This document shows positions 26,458 to 36,035 of a stretch of DNA of 64,000 bases, one piece after another. The stretch's first letter is position 1; each line of letters begins with the position of its first letter. A program made the translations under genes and the position numbers. Source of the stretch: Eubacteriales bacterium (lineage in GTDB: Bacteria; Bacillota; Clostridia; Oscillospirales; CAG-272); assembly GCA_051867975.1 (NCBI GenBank), contig JBJDZM010000079.1:44122-108121 (forward strand), in the 5' to 3' direction. The notes below the pieces were generated by a model, which saw only the letters and a list, made by a program, of their open reading frames with translations, was not told the origin of the DNA and searched no databases.

Positions 26458-28053
26458 ATGAAAAACGTATATAATAAAATTCGGACACCCTTGTGGCTTA
26501 TTATAAGCGGACTTATGACCTCTCTTCCGCTTATAATTACGAAACTCGGATTTTTACAATGGATATCGATCATTCCGGCGGCGGTGATTCTTGTACGGAA
26601 CGCATCGGATAGAAGTATCAAGTTGCGCCGTCTGTACGGCATGGGAGTGCTCTTTTTCGGAGCATATTATTCTCTGGCGTTCCATTGGTTCTTTTACATG
26701 TATCCGCTCGATTTTGCAGGGCTTTCAAATGCCGCGTCAATAGCTGTCGTGCTTCTGGCATGCTTCGGCCTCGGATTTTTTCAAGCGGTGCAGTCGGCGT
26801 TCGTTTTTCTGATATTCGGAGTGCTTACACGCTCAAAAACAGCAGAAAAATATTCGCTTATTAAGCCTTTTTGCGCGGCATCGCTCTGGGTAATTTTTGA
26901 ATGGTGGCAGACTGTCGGCTGGTGGGGAGTTCCGTGGGCAAGACTTCCGCTCGGTCAGATAGATGCAACGCTTCTTGTAAGAAGCTCGGCGATCTTCGGC
27001 TCGTATTTCGTTACGTTTACAATTGTCGCGATAAATTTCTGCCTTGCCGTCGCAATAAACGAAAAAAAGTATGTGAAGCTTGCTTGCGTTGTTGCTCTCT
27101 CGCTGTTTTGTCTGAATTCAGCTCTCGGAATTGCCGTAACGCTTTCGTATAGCGAGAGCGGAGAAAAGGTCGCCGTAGCCGCCGCACAGGGAAATATGTC
27201 GTCAAGCGAAAAGTGGAGCAACGACGGCTCACAGAGCGCAATTCAAATATACTCAAAACTGACCGAGGATGCGGCGAATGAAGGTGCGAAAATCGTTGTT
27301 TGGCCCGAAACCGCTTTGCCGTACGTGTTATTTGAGTACGAAGATATGAGAGACCGTGTAAGTCAGCTTGCAAAAGACAATGAAGTCACTATAATCCTCT
27401 CCGCATTTACAAGGGACGACGAGAGTAAAGAAAAATACAATTCGATAATAGAGGTAAAGCCCGAAGGAAGCTTTGGCGAGACGGTATACTCAAAACAGAG
27501 GCTCGTTCCTTTCGGCGAGTTTGTGCCGATGAGAGAATTCGTAACTTTTATTTTTCCGCCGCTTGCGAATATCGGCATGCTTGAAGACGACCTGCTCGCA
27601 GGTGAGGGTAGCGTTGTGATAGACAGCGAAGAGGGTAAGATTGGGTGCGGCATCTGCTTTGACTCTATATACGAAAAGGTAATTTCCGACTCTGCAAGAA
27701 ACGGAGCGGAGATAATCGTTATTTCAACGAATGACTCATGGTTTTCCGATTCCGCGGCGCTTGATATGCACAACTCTCAGTCAAGGCTTCGCGCAATTGA
27801 GAGCGGGAAATATGTCATAAGGGCGGCAAACACGGGCATTTCATCTATAATCGACCCGATGGGCAACGTGAATCAAGAACTCGGAGCGCTTGAGAGAGGT
27901 TATATCATTGGTGAAGTATCAATGATAGAGGGTAACACGGTATATACTCATATAGGCAATTTTTTTGTGTATTGTTGCATGGCATTGGTTGCTCTCATAA
28001 CGCTTTTCAATATCTTTGATTTCGCAAACATTAAGATTATTAAAAAAACTTAA
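26458..28053 (+). CDS. lnt: Apolipoprotein N-acyltransferase homolog
   Basis: The N-terminal half is polytopic membrane. The C-terminal CN-hydrolase domain carries E (VVWPETALP), K (YSKQRLVPFGEFVP) and C (GCGICFDSIY), matching the Lnt E-K-C triad contexts. Confidence 0.8.
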   Translation: MKNVYNKIRTPLWLIISGLMTSLPLIITKLGFLQWISIIPAAVILVRNASDRSIKLRRLYGMGVLFFGAYYSLAFHWFFYMYPLDFAGLSNAASIAVVLLACFGLGFFQAVQSAFVFLIFGVLTRSKTAEKYSLIKPFCAASLWVIFEWWQTVGWWGVPWARLPLGQIDATLLVRSSAIFGSYFVTFTIVAINFCLAVAINEKKYVKLACVVALSLFCLNSALGIAVTLSYSESGEKVAVAAAQGNMSSSEKWSNDGSQSAIQIYSKLTEDAANEGAKIVVWPETALPYVLFEYEDMRDRVSQLAKDNEVTIILSAFTRDDESKEKYNSIIEVKPEGSFGETVYSKQRLVPFGEFVPMREFVTFIFPPLANIGMLEDDLLAGEGSVVIDSEEGKIGCGICFDSIYEKVISDSARNGAEIIVISTNDSWFSDSAALDMHNSQSRLRAIESGKYVIRAANTGISSIIDPMGNVNQELGALERGYIIGEVSMIEGNTVYTHIGNFFVYCCMALVALITLFNIFDFANIKIIKKT

Positions 28054-28078
28054 TTTTGAAGGTTTAGTGAAAAATACC

Positions 28079-28107
28079 TTGACAAACGGTGAAGAAAGGT
28101 GTATAAT
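28079..28107 (+). promoter_or_regulatory. sigma-A-type promoter of the small lipoprotein gene
   Basis: TTGACA, 17 nt, TATAAT. Confidence 0.7.
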
Positions 28108-28140
28108 CTGAACATCAAAGTTTAGAAAGGGGTTTTTCAA

Positions 28141-28509
28141 ATGAAAAAATCAATCATTAAAGTATTTGCGCTCGCACTTGTTGCAATTATCGCATGCCTT
28201 GCTCTTGCTTCCTGTGCTAAGACGATCTCCGGAAAGTATCAGGGAGAAGTGGATGTTGTAGTTGCTAAGTACACTGTAACATACGAGTTCAAGGGCAAGA
28301 ACGTGGAGGCGACCCATAAGGCAACTACTATTCTCGGAACATCAGATACTGTTACCGTTAAGGGTACATATGAGATCAATGATGAAGGTGATGAGATTAC
28401 ATTTACCTGGGAATCAGAGGATGATGTTGTCAAAGGCGGAACATTCACATTCGAAGAGACCGAGAACGGTATAAAGATCGGTGTAGCTGAATACAAGAAG
28501 GTCAAATGA
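28141..28509 (+). CDS. Small lipoprotein of unknown function
   Basis: 122 aa. Signal peptide with lipobox LASC. It has its own consensus promoter and terminator. Confidence 0.6.
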   Translation: MKKSIIKVFALALVAIIACLALASCAKTISGKYQGEVDVVVAKYTVTYEFKGKNVEATHKATTILGTSDTVTVKGTYEINDEGDEITFTWESEDDVVKGGTFTFEETENGIKIGVAEYKKVK

Positions 28510-28579
28510 ATTTGATTTTCACATGGAGAGAGGAAATATTCCGCTCTCTCATAAAAATATTTGTGAAATAACAAAAAAA

Positions 28580-28612
28580 CAAGGTTTTCTTTGGTCGAAA
28601 GCCTTGTTTTTT
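28580..28612 (+). terminator. Intrinsic terminator of the small lipoprotein gene
   Basis: CAAGGTTTTC/GAAAGCCTTG stem (one G-U pair) followed by TTTTTT. Confidence 0.8.
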
Positions 28613-28679
28613 CATTATTTTTTTTCAACAGCACAATCAGTAAATCAACCCGCCGCCTTGCTTATTTTAAAAAAAACAC

Positions 28680-28708
28680 TTTACAATCCGGAGAAAAAGT
28701 GTTATAAT
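28680..28708 (+). promoter_or_regulatory. sigma-A-type promoter of dxs
   Basis: TTTACA, 17 nt, TGtTATAAT. Confidence 0.6.
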
Positions 28709-28754
28709 AACTCGTGGCAAAAAAATCGAAAATGTTGAAGAAAAGGGAATTGTC

Positions 28755-30644
28755 ATGAAAAAAGAATACAAATTTCTGGGAAATGTCAATTCTCCCGAAG
28801 AACTTAAAAAGATAAGACATGAGGATATCGGTGAGCTTTGCTCGGAAATACGTGAACATATTATTCATACGACAGAGCAAACCGGCGGACATTTAGCATC
28901 AAATTTAGGCGTTGTCGAGCTTACGGTTGCCATCCACCGTGTTTTCGACTGCCCGAAGGACCATGTGATTTTCGATGTCGGACATCAAAGCTATACTCAC
29001 AAGCTCCTGACAGGAAGATACGCCGGATTTGACACGCTGAGACAGGCAGGCGGAATTTCGGGCTTTACCAACCGCACGGAGAGCGAATACGACTGCTTCG
29101 GCGCGGGTCACAGCTCAACGAGTCTTTCAGCCGCGCTCGGCTTTGCCGAGGCAGACCGAATTTCGGGCAATGATGCATACACGGTCGTTGTACTCGGTGA
29201 CGGTGCTTTTACGGGCGGAATGATACATGAGGCACTGAATAACTGCAATAAAAGGCTCAATAAGCTCATTATCATTCTGAATGAAAATGAGATGTCGATA
29301 TCGAAAAACATCGGCAGTTTTGCAACGAGTATTGCGCGGATAAGAAAGCGCAGCGGATATCTCAAGGCAAAGAGATTAACGGTATCCTTCGTAAAAAAAA
29401 TACCTCTTATAGGCAATTGGCTTTTCAGAGTTATAAGAGACATCAAAAAGTCGATAAAGAACTCCTTGTACGGCAGTAATTATTTTGAAGACATGGGACT
29501 TTATTACTTAGGCCCTGCTGACGGAAACGACTATGAGACAGTGGAGGAATTGCTTAAAGCCGCCAAAAAAGCCGGAGAAAATGTTCTCATACATCTTAAA
29601 ACCCAAAAGGGAAAGGGATATAAACCGGCAGAGGATTACCCCGATATATATCACGGCGTTTATCCGTCAAAAAAAGCGAGCGGCGAGACGTCGTTCTCCG
29701 CACAGCTCGGAGAATATCTGTGTGAGATTGCAGAAAAGGACACGCGAGTGTGCGCGATAACTGCGGCAATGAGTTCTGGTACGGGGCTTGACTCTTTTGA
29801 AAAGAAATTCCCCGAAAGATTTTTTGATGTCGGAATTGCCGAGGAACACGCAGTAACCTTTGCGGCAGGCTTGTCCGCAAACGGAATGAAGCCTGTTTTT
29901 GCGGTCTATTCAACGTTTTTACAGAGAGCATACGACCAGGTAATTCATGATGCCGCACTGCAGAAGCTTCCCGTTGTGCTTTGTGTTGACAGAGCGGGAT
30001 TTAACAATGCGGACGGACCTACACATCACGGAATATTCGATGTGGCGTTCCTATCAGAGATTCCGAATGTTAAGATATACACTCCCGTAACATATAAAGG
30101 CTTGGGCGTTTCATTGAGGCGTGCGCTCAATGACAGTTGCGTGTCGGCGATAAGATATCCTTCGGGATGTGAAGACGAACAGGTGGTACGTGCATTTTAT
30201 GACGGTGAGAATCGAGAAAAAATCGGGATAAGAACCGATTTTGACACCGATGACGTACCCGAAAACATAATAATCACCCACGGGCGTATCGTGAGCGAGT
30301 GCTTGAATGTTGAAGCGAAGCTCAGGAGAAACGGCACTCGGAGCGGTATAATTCTCTGCGAATATATTGCCCCGTATTCATATCTTGCAGATGAAATATT
30401 TGAATTGATAAATAACAAAAATGTCAAGACTGTAACCTTTGTTGAGGAAGAAATCAGACGCGGCGGATTCGGCATGCTTCTGTCCGATGAAATGATAAAC
30501 AAAGGCTATCTCGACGGCATAAAATATACCGTGATGGCTACGGAGGATGCGTTTGTAACCCGTGAAAGAGGTCAAACATATCTTTGTGCCGCAGGACTTG
30601 ACGCAGAACATATCGCATCAGGAATATCAAAACTTATCAACTAA
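28755..30644 (+). CDS. dxs: 1-deoxy-D-xylulose-5-phosphate synthase
   Basis: 629 aa with GGHLASNLGVVELT, DVGHQSY.HK, the ThDP motif GDGA..GG...EALN, and transketolase pyrimidine-binding and C-terminal domains. Confidence 0.95.
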   Translation: MKKEYKFLGNVNSPEELKKIRHEDIGELCSEIREHIIHTTEQTGGHLASNLGVVELTVAIHRVFDCPKDHVIFDVGHQSYTHKLLTGRYAGFDTLRQAGGISGFTNRTESEYDCFGAGHSSTSLSAALGFAEADRISGNDAYTVVVLGDGAFTGGMIHEALNNCNKRLNKLIIILNENEMSISKNIGSFATSIARIRKRSGYLKAKRLTVSFVKKIPLIGNWLFRVIRDIKKSIKNSLYGSNYFEDMGLYYLGPADGNDYETVEELLKAAKKAGENVLIHLKTQKGKGYKPAEDYPDIYHGVYPSKKASGETSFSAQLGEYLCEIAEKDTRVCAITAAMSSGTGLDSFEKKFPERFFDVGIAEEHAVTFAAGLSANGMKPVFAVYSTFLQRAYDQVIHDAALQKLPVVLCVDRAGFNNADGPTHHGIFDVAFLSEIPNVKIYTPVTYKGLGVSLRRALNDSCVSAIRYPSGCEDEQVVRAFYDGENREKIGIRTDFDTDDVPENIIITHGRIVSECLNVEAKLRRNGTRSGIILCEYIAPYSYLADEIFELINNKNVKTVTFVEEEIRRGGFGMLLSDEMINKGYLDGIKYTVMATEDAFVTRERGQTYLCAAGLDAEHIASGISKLIN

Positions 30645-30674
30645 AGCAAAATATCAAATGAGAGGAGGATGAAT

Positions 30675-33065
30675 ATGAGCTTTAGCGAAAAAACAATTCA
30701 TTCACTTGAATTTGACAAAATATGTGAGCTGCTTGCCTCATTTGCGCCGACGGACGGCTCAAAGACCATGGCAAAAATGCTCATGCCGTCGGATGACATT
30801 GATACCGTCCTGCTAAGGCAGAGAAGAACGACAGATGCAAAAAGGCTGTGCGATGCTAAGGGTATGCCTTCTTTCGGAATGGTCAAGGATGTCTCGGAGT
30901 CGTGCGAGCGCGCAGATAAAGGTGCTACTTTGACTCCCGGCGAGCTTTTGGCGGTCGCATCGGTTTTGCGCACGTCAAGGTCGCTTATGGATTACTGCCA
31001 CGGAAATCATCTTTTTGACACCGTGCTTGATGAGATATTTGACCGTCTTTTGCCAAACAGAACGCTTGAAGAAAAGATAACACGCTCAATTATTTCCGAG
31101 GAGCTTATCGCCGACGAAGCATCCGAAACGCTTGCAAACATACGCAGGCAGATAAGAATTACAAACAACAAAATAAAGGAGACACTGCAAAAGTATATCC
31201 AGGGCGGTGCACATTCCAAATATCTTCAGGAAAATATCGTGACAACGAGAAACGGAAGGTACGTTATTCCCGTCAAAGCGGAGTGCAAAAATGAGGTCAA
31301 GGGACTTATACACGACACGTCGTCCTCGGGCGCGACGATATTCGTTGAGCCTTCTGCGGTAGTTGATGCCAACAACGAGCTTCGCGTGCTTGAATCAAAG
31401 GAAGAGCATGAGATTGAGAAGATACTGTCCGCGCTTTCGGCAGCTGTGTCGGAATTTTCGGATGCGATATGGCTTGATTACAGAAACATTACAGAGCTTG
31501 CGTTTGCTTTTGCCTGCGCACAGATGTCGTATGCCATGAACGGCTCGGCACCGACAGTCACCGAGGAACGCCTTATCGTGCTTAAGAGAGCCAGACATCC
31601 TCTCATTGACAAGAGCCGAGTCGTTCCGATAAACGTGATATTGGGCGAGGGCTACGATACCATGATAATCACGGGACCCAATACCGGCGGTAAGACCGTA
31701 ACGCTCAAAACCCTCGGATTATTCACGCTGATGGCGCAGTCGGGTCTGCATATTCCCACTGACGAGGGCAGTGTGGTATCGGTTTGCGAAAACGTGCTTG
31801 TTGACATCGGCGACGAACAGAGCATTGAGCAGTCGCTCTCAACCTTTTCTTCGCATATGGTAAATATCGTTTCCTTTATGGATAAGGTAGGCGAGCGTTC
31901 GCTTGTCCTCTTTGACGAGCTGGGAGTCGGAACAGACCCCGTAGAGGGCGCGGCACTTGCCGTGTCGATAATCGACAATGTAAGAAGCCGAGGCGCGATG
32001 TGCGCCGCAACGACTCACTACGCAGAGCTTAAAGCCTATGCACTTGACACGAAAGGCGTTTGCAACGCGTCGTGCGAATTTGATGTTGAAACACTAAAGC
32101 CGACATATAAGCTGATAATCGGAACACCGGGAAAATCAAACGCATTCGCCATATCCGAAAAGCTCGGACTGTCAAGAGAGATTATTGAGCATGCCGAGAA
32201 TTATATAAGCTCGGATAACAGAAAATTCGAGGATATTATAGGTCAGCTTGAATCCACTCGCATGGAAATGGAGCGCAACCGCGAAGAGGTCGAACAGATG
32301 CGTGCCGATTATGAGAGATTTAAAGCCGAATCCGAAAAGATAATTATAAAGAGACTTGAAGAGTCGGAGCGAGAGCTTCAAAAGGCACAGCAAAAGGCGG
32401 CAAACATGGTTGCAAGTGCCAAGGCATCGAGTGACTTTATCTTCGAGCAGATGGATAAGTTGAAAAAGGCAAAGGACTCCGAGAAGTTCGGCGACGAGCT
32501 TCAGGCTACCAGGCGCGCGGTCAGGGAGCATCTCAGGGCAAACTCCGAGAAGTTCGACCCCGTTGAGAAAAAGCGCGATGAAAACTATGTTCTGCCGAGA
32601 AAACTGAAAAAGGGTGATGAGGTCATCATCATGACGCTTGGAAGCTCGGCAACACTGCTTGAAGACCCCGACAAGTCGGGAAACGTCAGAGTGCAAGCAG
32701 GAATACTTCAAACAAGAGTCAAGATAAAAGACCTTAAGCTCAAAGAGGACGATGGAATTACCGTGCAGAGCGGGGAGAAGAAGATGAAGACATCGACTTA
32801 TACCGTAAGCCGTTCATCGTCGTTCAGGGATGAGATAGATCTGCGCGGAATGACGGGGGATGAGGCTTGGCTTGCGGTTGATAAGTATTTTGACGAGGCA
32901 GTCATGGCAGGATTTAAAAAAGTCAGATTGATCCACGGAAAAGGAACAGGAGCGCTCAAAGCGGCGCTTTGGAAATTTCTCAAAGGTGACAGGCGCATAT
33001 CGTCATTCCGAATAGGACAGTTCGGCGAGGGTGACGGCGGCGTTACTGTAGTGGAACTGAAATAA
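30675..33065 (+). CDS. mutS2: Endonuclease MutS2
   Basis: Walker A GPNTGGKT, a coiled-coil region and a C-terminal Smr domain (DLRG...LIHGKGTGALK). ATG 30675 lies 6 nt after a GAGGAGG RBS. Confidence 0.93.
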   Translation: MSFSEKTIHSLEFDKICELLASFAPTDGSKTMAKMLMPSDDIDTVLLRQRRTTDAKRLCDAKGMPSFGMVKDVSESCERADKGATLTPGELLAVASVLRTSRSLMDYCHGNHLFDTVLDEIFDRLLPNRTLEEKITRSIISEELIADEASETLANIRRQIRITNNKIKETLQKYIQGGAHSKYLQENIVTTRNGRYVIPVKAECKNEVKGLIHDTSSSGATIFVEPSAVVDANNELRVLESKEEHEIEKILSALSAAVSEFSDAIWLDYRNITELAFAFACAQMSYAMNGSAPTVTEERLIVLKRARHPLIDKSRVVPINVILGEGYDTMIITGPNTGGKTVTLKTLGLFTLMAQSGLHIPTDEGSVVSVCENVLVDIGDEQSIEQSLSTFSSHMVNIVSFMDKVGERSLVLFDELGVGTDPVEGAALAVSIIDNVRSRGAMCAATTHYAELKAYALDTKGVCNASCEFDVETLKPTYKLIIGTPGKSNAFAISEKLGLSREIIEHAENYISSDNRKFEDIIGQLESTRMEMERNREEVEQMRADYERFKAESEKIIIKRLEESERELQKAQQKAANMVASAKASSDFIFEQMDKLKKAKDSEKFGDELQATRRAVREHLRANSEKFDPVEKKRDENYVLPRKLKKGDEVIIMTLGSSATLLEDPDKSGNVRVQAGILQTRVKIKDLKLKEDDGITVQSGEKKMKTSTYTVSRSSSFRDEIDLRGMTGDEAWLAVDKYFDEAVMAGFKKVRLIHGKGTGALKAALWKFLKGDRRISSFRIGQFGEGDGGVTVVELK

Positions 33066-33100
33066 ACCCCGAAAAAATGTATTAAAAGGAGAATGACACA

Positions 33101-33772
33101 ATGGCAAATGTTAAAATAACCGATCTTTACGACCTTTCGCACACAGCGGCAAATGAGTATCTTTCAAAATTCACATACCCCTGGGAAGCACTTGCAGGCA
33201 TAAAGGAGTTTATACTTGAATTAGGCTCAAGGCTTGACACGGAGCTTTACGAAAAGCGCGGCGAGGACGTATGGATATCAAAGAGTGCCAAGGTTGCTCC
33301 AACGGCTTTTATCAGCGGTCCCTGCATTATCGGACACAATACCGAGGTTCGTCACTGTGCGTTCATTCGCGGAAGTGTTCTTGTTGGAGAGGGATGTGTT
33401 GTCGGCAACTCAACGGAACTGAAGAATGTTATTCTTTTTGACAGCGTTCAGGTTCCGCACTATAATTACGTCGGTGACAGTATTCTCGGATATAAGTCGC
33501 ATATGGGCGCAGGCTCGATTACAAGCAACGTCAAGTCGGATAAGACACTTGTCGTCATAAAAACGCAGGACAAGAGCGAGTTTTTCCCGACCGAGAGAAA
33601 GAAGGTGGGCGCGATGCTCGGAGACTTCGTCGAGGTCGGATGCAACTCGGTACTCAATCCCGGAACGATTATCGGAAGAGAGTCAAATATATATCCGCTT
33701 TCGTCGGTGAGAGGAATAGTACCCGAGCGTTCTATCTATAAGGCAAACGGAAACGTGGTTAAAAAAGCGTAA
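33101..33772 (+). CDS. Left-handed beta-helix (hexapeptide-repeat) transferase, GlmU C-terminal-domain-like
   Basis: 223 aa. Repeated [LIV]G.. hexapeptide periodicity runs from about aa 70 to 200. The exact substrate is unknown. Confidence 0.55.
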   Translation: MANVKITDLYDLSHTAANEYLSKFTYPWEALAGIKEFILELGSRLDTELYEKRGEDVWISKSAKVAPTAFISGPCIIGHNTEVRHCAFIRGSVLVGEGCVVGNSTELKNVILFDSVQVPHYNYVGDSILGYKSHMGAGSITSNVKSDKTLVVIKTQDKSEFFPTERKKVGAMLGDFVEVGCNSVLNPGTIIGRESNIYPLSSVRGIVPERSIYKANGNVVKKA

Positions 33773-33790
33773 TTTGAAAAAAATCGGCTG

Positions 33791-33838
33791 TTTCAAATGC
33801 AATCGAAGGCATTTAAAACAGCCGATTTAAGATTTTTC
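33791..33838 (-). terminator. Intrinsic terminator of rhaA
   Basis: AAATCGGCTGTTT/AAACAGCCGATTT outer stem with inner AAATGC/GCATTT. The T7 run is on the minus strand. Confidence 0.7.
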
Positions 33839-33847
33839 AGGGGCATC

Positions 33848-33876
33848 TGAAAAATGCCCCTGTTTTAGTATTTCAA
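33848..33876 (+). terminator. Intrinsic terminator of the LbH transferase gene
   Basis: CAGGGGCAT/ATGCCCCTG stem followed by TTTT. Confidence 0.75.
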
Positions 33877-33879
33877 AAA

Positions 33880-35130
33880 TTAAACTCTCTTAGCGAGTAC
33901 TTCGTCTTCGTACTTATTGATTTCTTCAAGCCAGCTTGAGTCGCCGCAAACACCATGTCTATTACAGAATTCAACCCAAACGTCGCCCAAAGGAAGAGTC
34001 TTTATCTCTTCCTGCATAGCGAGGAGCATCGTTGTGTCTCCCTCGTCCTGATACTTCTTTATCTGTGCGTTTGGAGTAAGAAGGGCGTTAAGTATTGCCT
34101 TCTGAACATTTCTCATACCGATAACGAGAGCGGCAACGCGGTTAATGGATGCGTCGAAGTAGTCTGTCGCGAGGAATACTCTGTCAAGAGCATCGCAACG
34201 GACAACCTCCTTCATCATCTCTCTTGTCTCGTCGTCGTATGCTACGACGTGGTCGGAGTCCCAGCGAATAGGTCTTGTAATGTGGAGAGCGATCTTGTCG
34301 CTGAATACAAGGAGAGCGGGAATCTTATCCGAAACCACCTCGGTAGGATGATAGTGACCGTTGTCCATGAGGGGAGTGATACCTCTTGTAAGCGCATAGG
34401 AGAGAGAGAACTCAGCGGAACCTACCGTATACGCTTCAACGCCTATACCGAACACCTTGGACTCAACCGTTACGTAAACGAGGCTCTTGTCGTAGCCGCA
34501 GCCGAGAATTTGGTCAATCGAATCGGCATATCTCTGACGGGGACCCATGCGGTCTCCGGGAACGTCCTTGCAACCGTCGCCTGTCCAGATGTTCATGACA
34601 CAAGGATATCCGGTCTCGCGAGCAAAGTACTCTGAAATACGGATACAAGCGATACCGTGCTTTATCCAGAATTTTCTGATTTCTTCGTCGGGGCTTGAAA
34701 GAGTCATGCTTCCTGCCTTGGGATGGGAGAAGAAGGTGGGGTTGAAATCAAGACCGCAGTTGTGAGCCTTTGCAAATTCTACCCATCTTTTGAAGTGACG
34801 GGGTTCGATGGTATCACGGTCGATGGTCTCACCGTCTTCGGCAATTGCGTAGTTTGCGTGAACGTTGATCTTGTGAGTGCCGGGAATCATAGAGAGTGCC
34901 TTATCAAGGTCAGCAAAAACCTCATCGGGGGTTCTGGCGCGTCCTATGTAGTTACCCGTGGTCTGAATACCGCCTGTAAGACCTGTTGCTCCTTCAAATC
35001 CGAGAACGTCGTCCGCCTGCCAGCAGTGCATGCAGATGCGTACGTCGGAAAGTCTCGCGATAGCCGCCTCGGTATCAACACCGTACTTCGCGTAGATCTC
35101 CTTGGCAGACTCGTATCTTGCGTTTGTCAT
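33880..35130 (-). CDS. rhaA: L-rhamnose isomerase
   Basis: 416 aa from ATG 35130, with a GGAGG RBS. The N-terminus YESAKEIYAKYGVDTEAAIARLSDVRICMHCWQADDVLGFE matches the B. subtilis-type RhaA N-terminus. Confidence 0.85.
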   Translation of the reverse strand: MTNARYESAKEIYAKYGVDTEAAIARLSDVRICMHCWQADDVLGFEGATGLTGGIQTTGNYIGRARTPDEVFADLDKALSMIPGTHKINVHANYAIAEDGETIDRDTIEPRHFKRWVEFAKAHNCGLDFNPTFFSHPKAGSMTLSSPDEEIRKFWIKHGIACIRISEYFARETGYPCVMNIWTGDGCKDVPGDRMGPRQRYADSIDQILGCGYDKSLVYVTVESKVFGIGVEAYTVGSAEFSLSYALTRGITPLMDNGHYHPTEVVSDKIPALLVFSDKIALHITRPIRWDSDHVVAYDDETREMMKEVVRCDALDRVFLATDYFDASINRVAALVIGMRNVQKAILNALLTPNAQIKKYQDEGDTTMLLAMQEEIKTLPLGDVWVEFCNRHGVCGDSSWLEEINKYEDEVLAKRV

Positions 35131-35188
35131 AATGACCTCCTGTTTGTTATTTAATGTTTTATTTCTAACCCAAAGATAATTTAAATGT

Positions 35189-35217
35189 ATTATACTACAT
35201 AAATCGCTTGTTTTCAA
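35189..35217 (-). promoter_or_regulatory. sigma-A-type promoter of rhaA
   Basis: Minus strand: TTGAAA, 17 nt, TATAAT. Confidence 0.65.
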
Positions 35218-35236
35218 GTGCTTTTTGTGAAAAGTA

Positions 35237-35265
35237 TTGAAAATTATTTTTTACTGTGGTATAAT
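35237..35265 (+). promoter_or_regulatory. sigma-A-type promoter of the SDR-ansA pair
   Basis: TTGAAA, 17 nt, TGgTATAAT. Confidence 0.65.
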
Positions 35266-35315
35266 TCAAGTAGACTTTTTGATTGTGCTGTAATACGGCA
35301 GTATGGAGGTTAATT

Positions 35316-36032
35316 ATGAAAAAGGTAATAGTTACCGGTGGTTCGCGCGGAATAGGGCGCGCATGCGTCGAGCTTTTCGCGGAAAAGAATTGCGCCGTTG
35401 CGTTTATCTACTGCTCAAATGACGAGGCGGCAGAGGAGTGTGCGGCGGCGACGGGTGCATATGCAATTAAAGCCGATCTATCCGACTCCGAGGAGGCAGA
35501 GTGGGCATATAATAAAGCAGTTGAATATCTCGGAGGAGTCGACATACTTGTAAACAATGCGGGAGTCAGCTCTGTGGGACTCGTTACCGATATGACCGAC
35601 GACGAGTGGATGAGAGTAATAAATACTAACCTGTCAAGTGCTTTCTATATGAGCCGTGCGGCATCGCACGATTTTGTGAAACAGCAGAGCGGCGCTATTG
35701 TGAACATAGGCTCTGTCTGGGGCAGATGCGGTGCGTCATGTGAGGTTGCATATTCTGCATCAAAGGCGGGGCTGAGAGGTCTTACTCTTTCCATGGCAAA
35801 GGAACTCGGACCATCGGGTGTAAGGGTAAACTGCGTTGAACCCGGCGTTATAGATACGGATATGAATGCATCGTTTGATGACGACGACATCGCCGAGCTT
35901 TGTGAGCAGACCCCACTTTACCGATTGGGAGACCCCGCCGAGGTCGCCGAGCTTGTATTCTTTCTTGCAAGTGAGAAGGCATCATTTATCACCGCGCAAA
36001 CGATAGGCGTTGACGGAGGATTCGGAATTTAA
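35316..36032 (+). CDS. SDR-family oxidoreductase (FabG-like)
   Basis: TGGSRGIG Rossmann motif, NNAG, and catalytic YSASK. ATG 35316 has a GGAGG RBS. Confidence 0.85.
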   Translation: MKKVIVTGGSRGIGRACVELFAEKNCAVAFIYCSNDEAAEECAAATGAYAIKADLSDSEEAEWAYNKAVEYLGGVDILVNNAGVSSVGLVTDMTDDEWMRVINTNLSSAFYMSRAASHDFVKQQSGAIVNIGSVWGRCGASCEVAYSASKAGLRGLTLSMAKELGPSGVRVNCVEPGVIDTDMNASFDDDDIAELCEQTPLYRLGDPAEVAELVFFLASEKASFITAQTIGVDGGFGI

Positions 36033-36035
36033 AAA

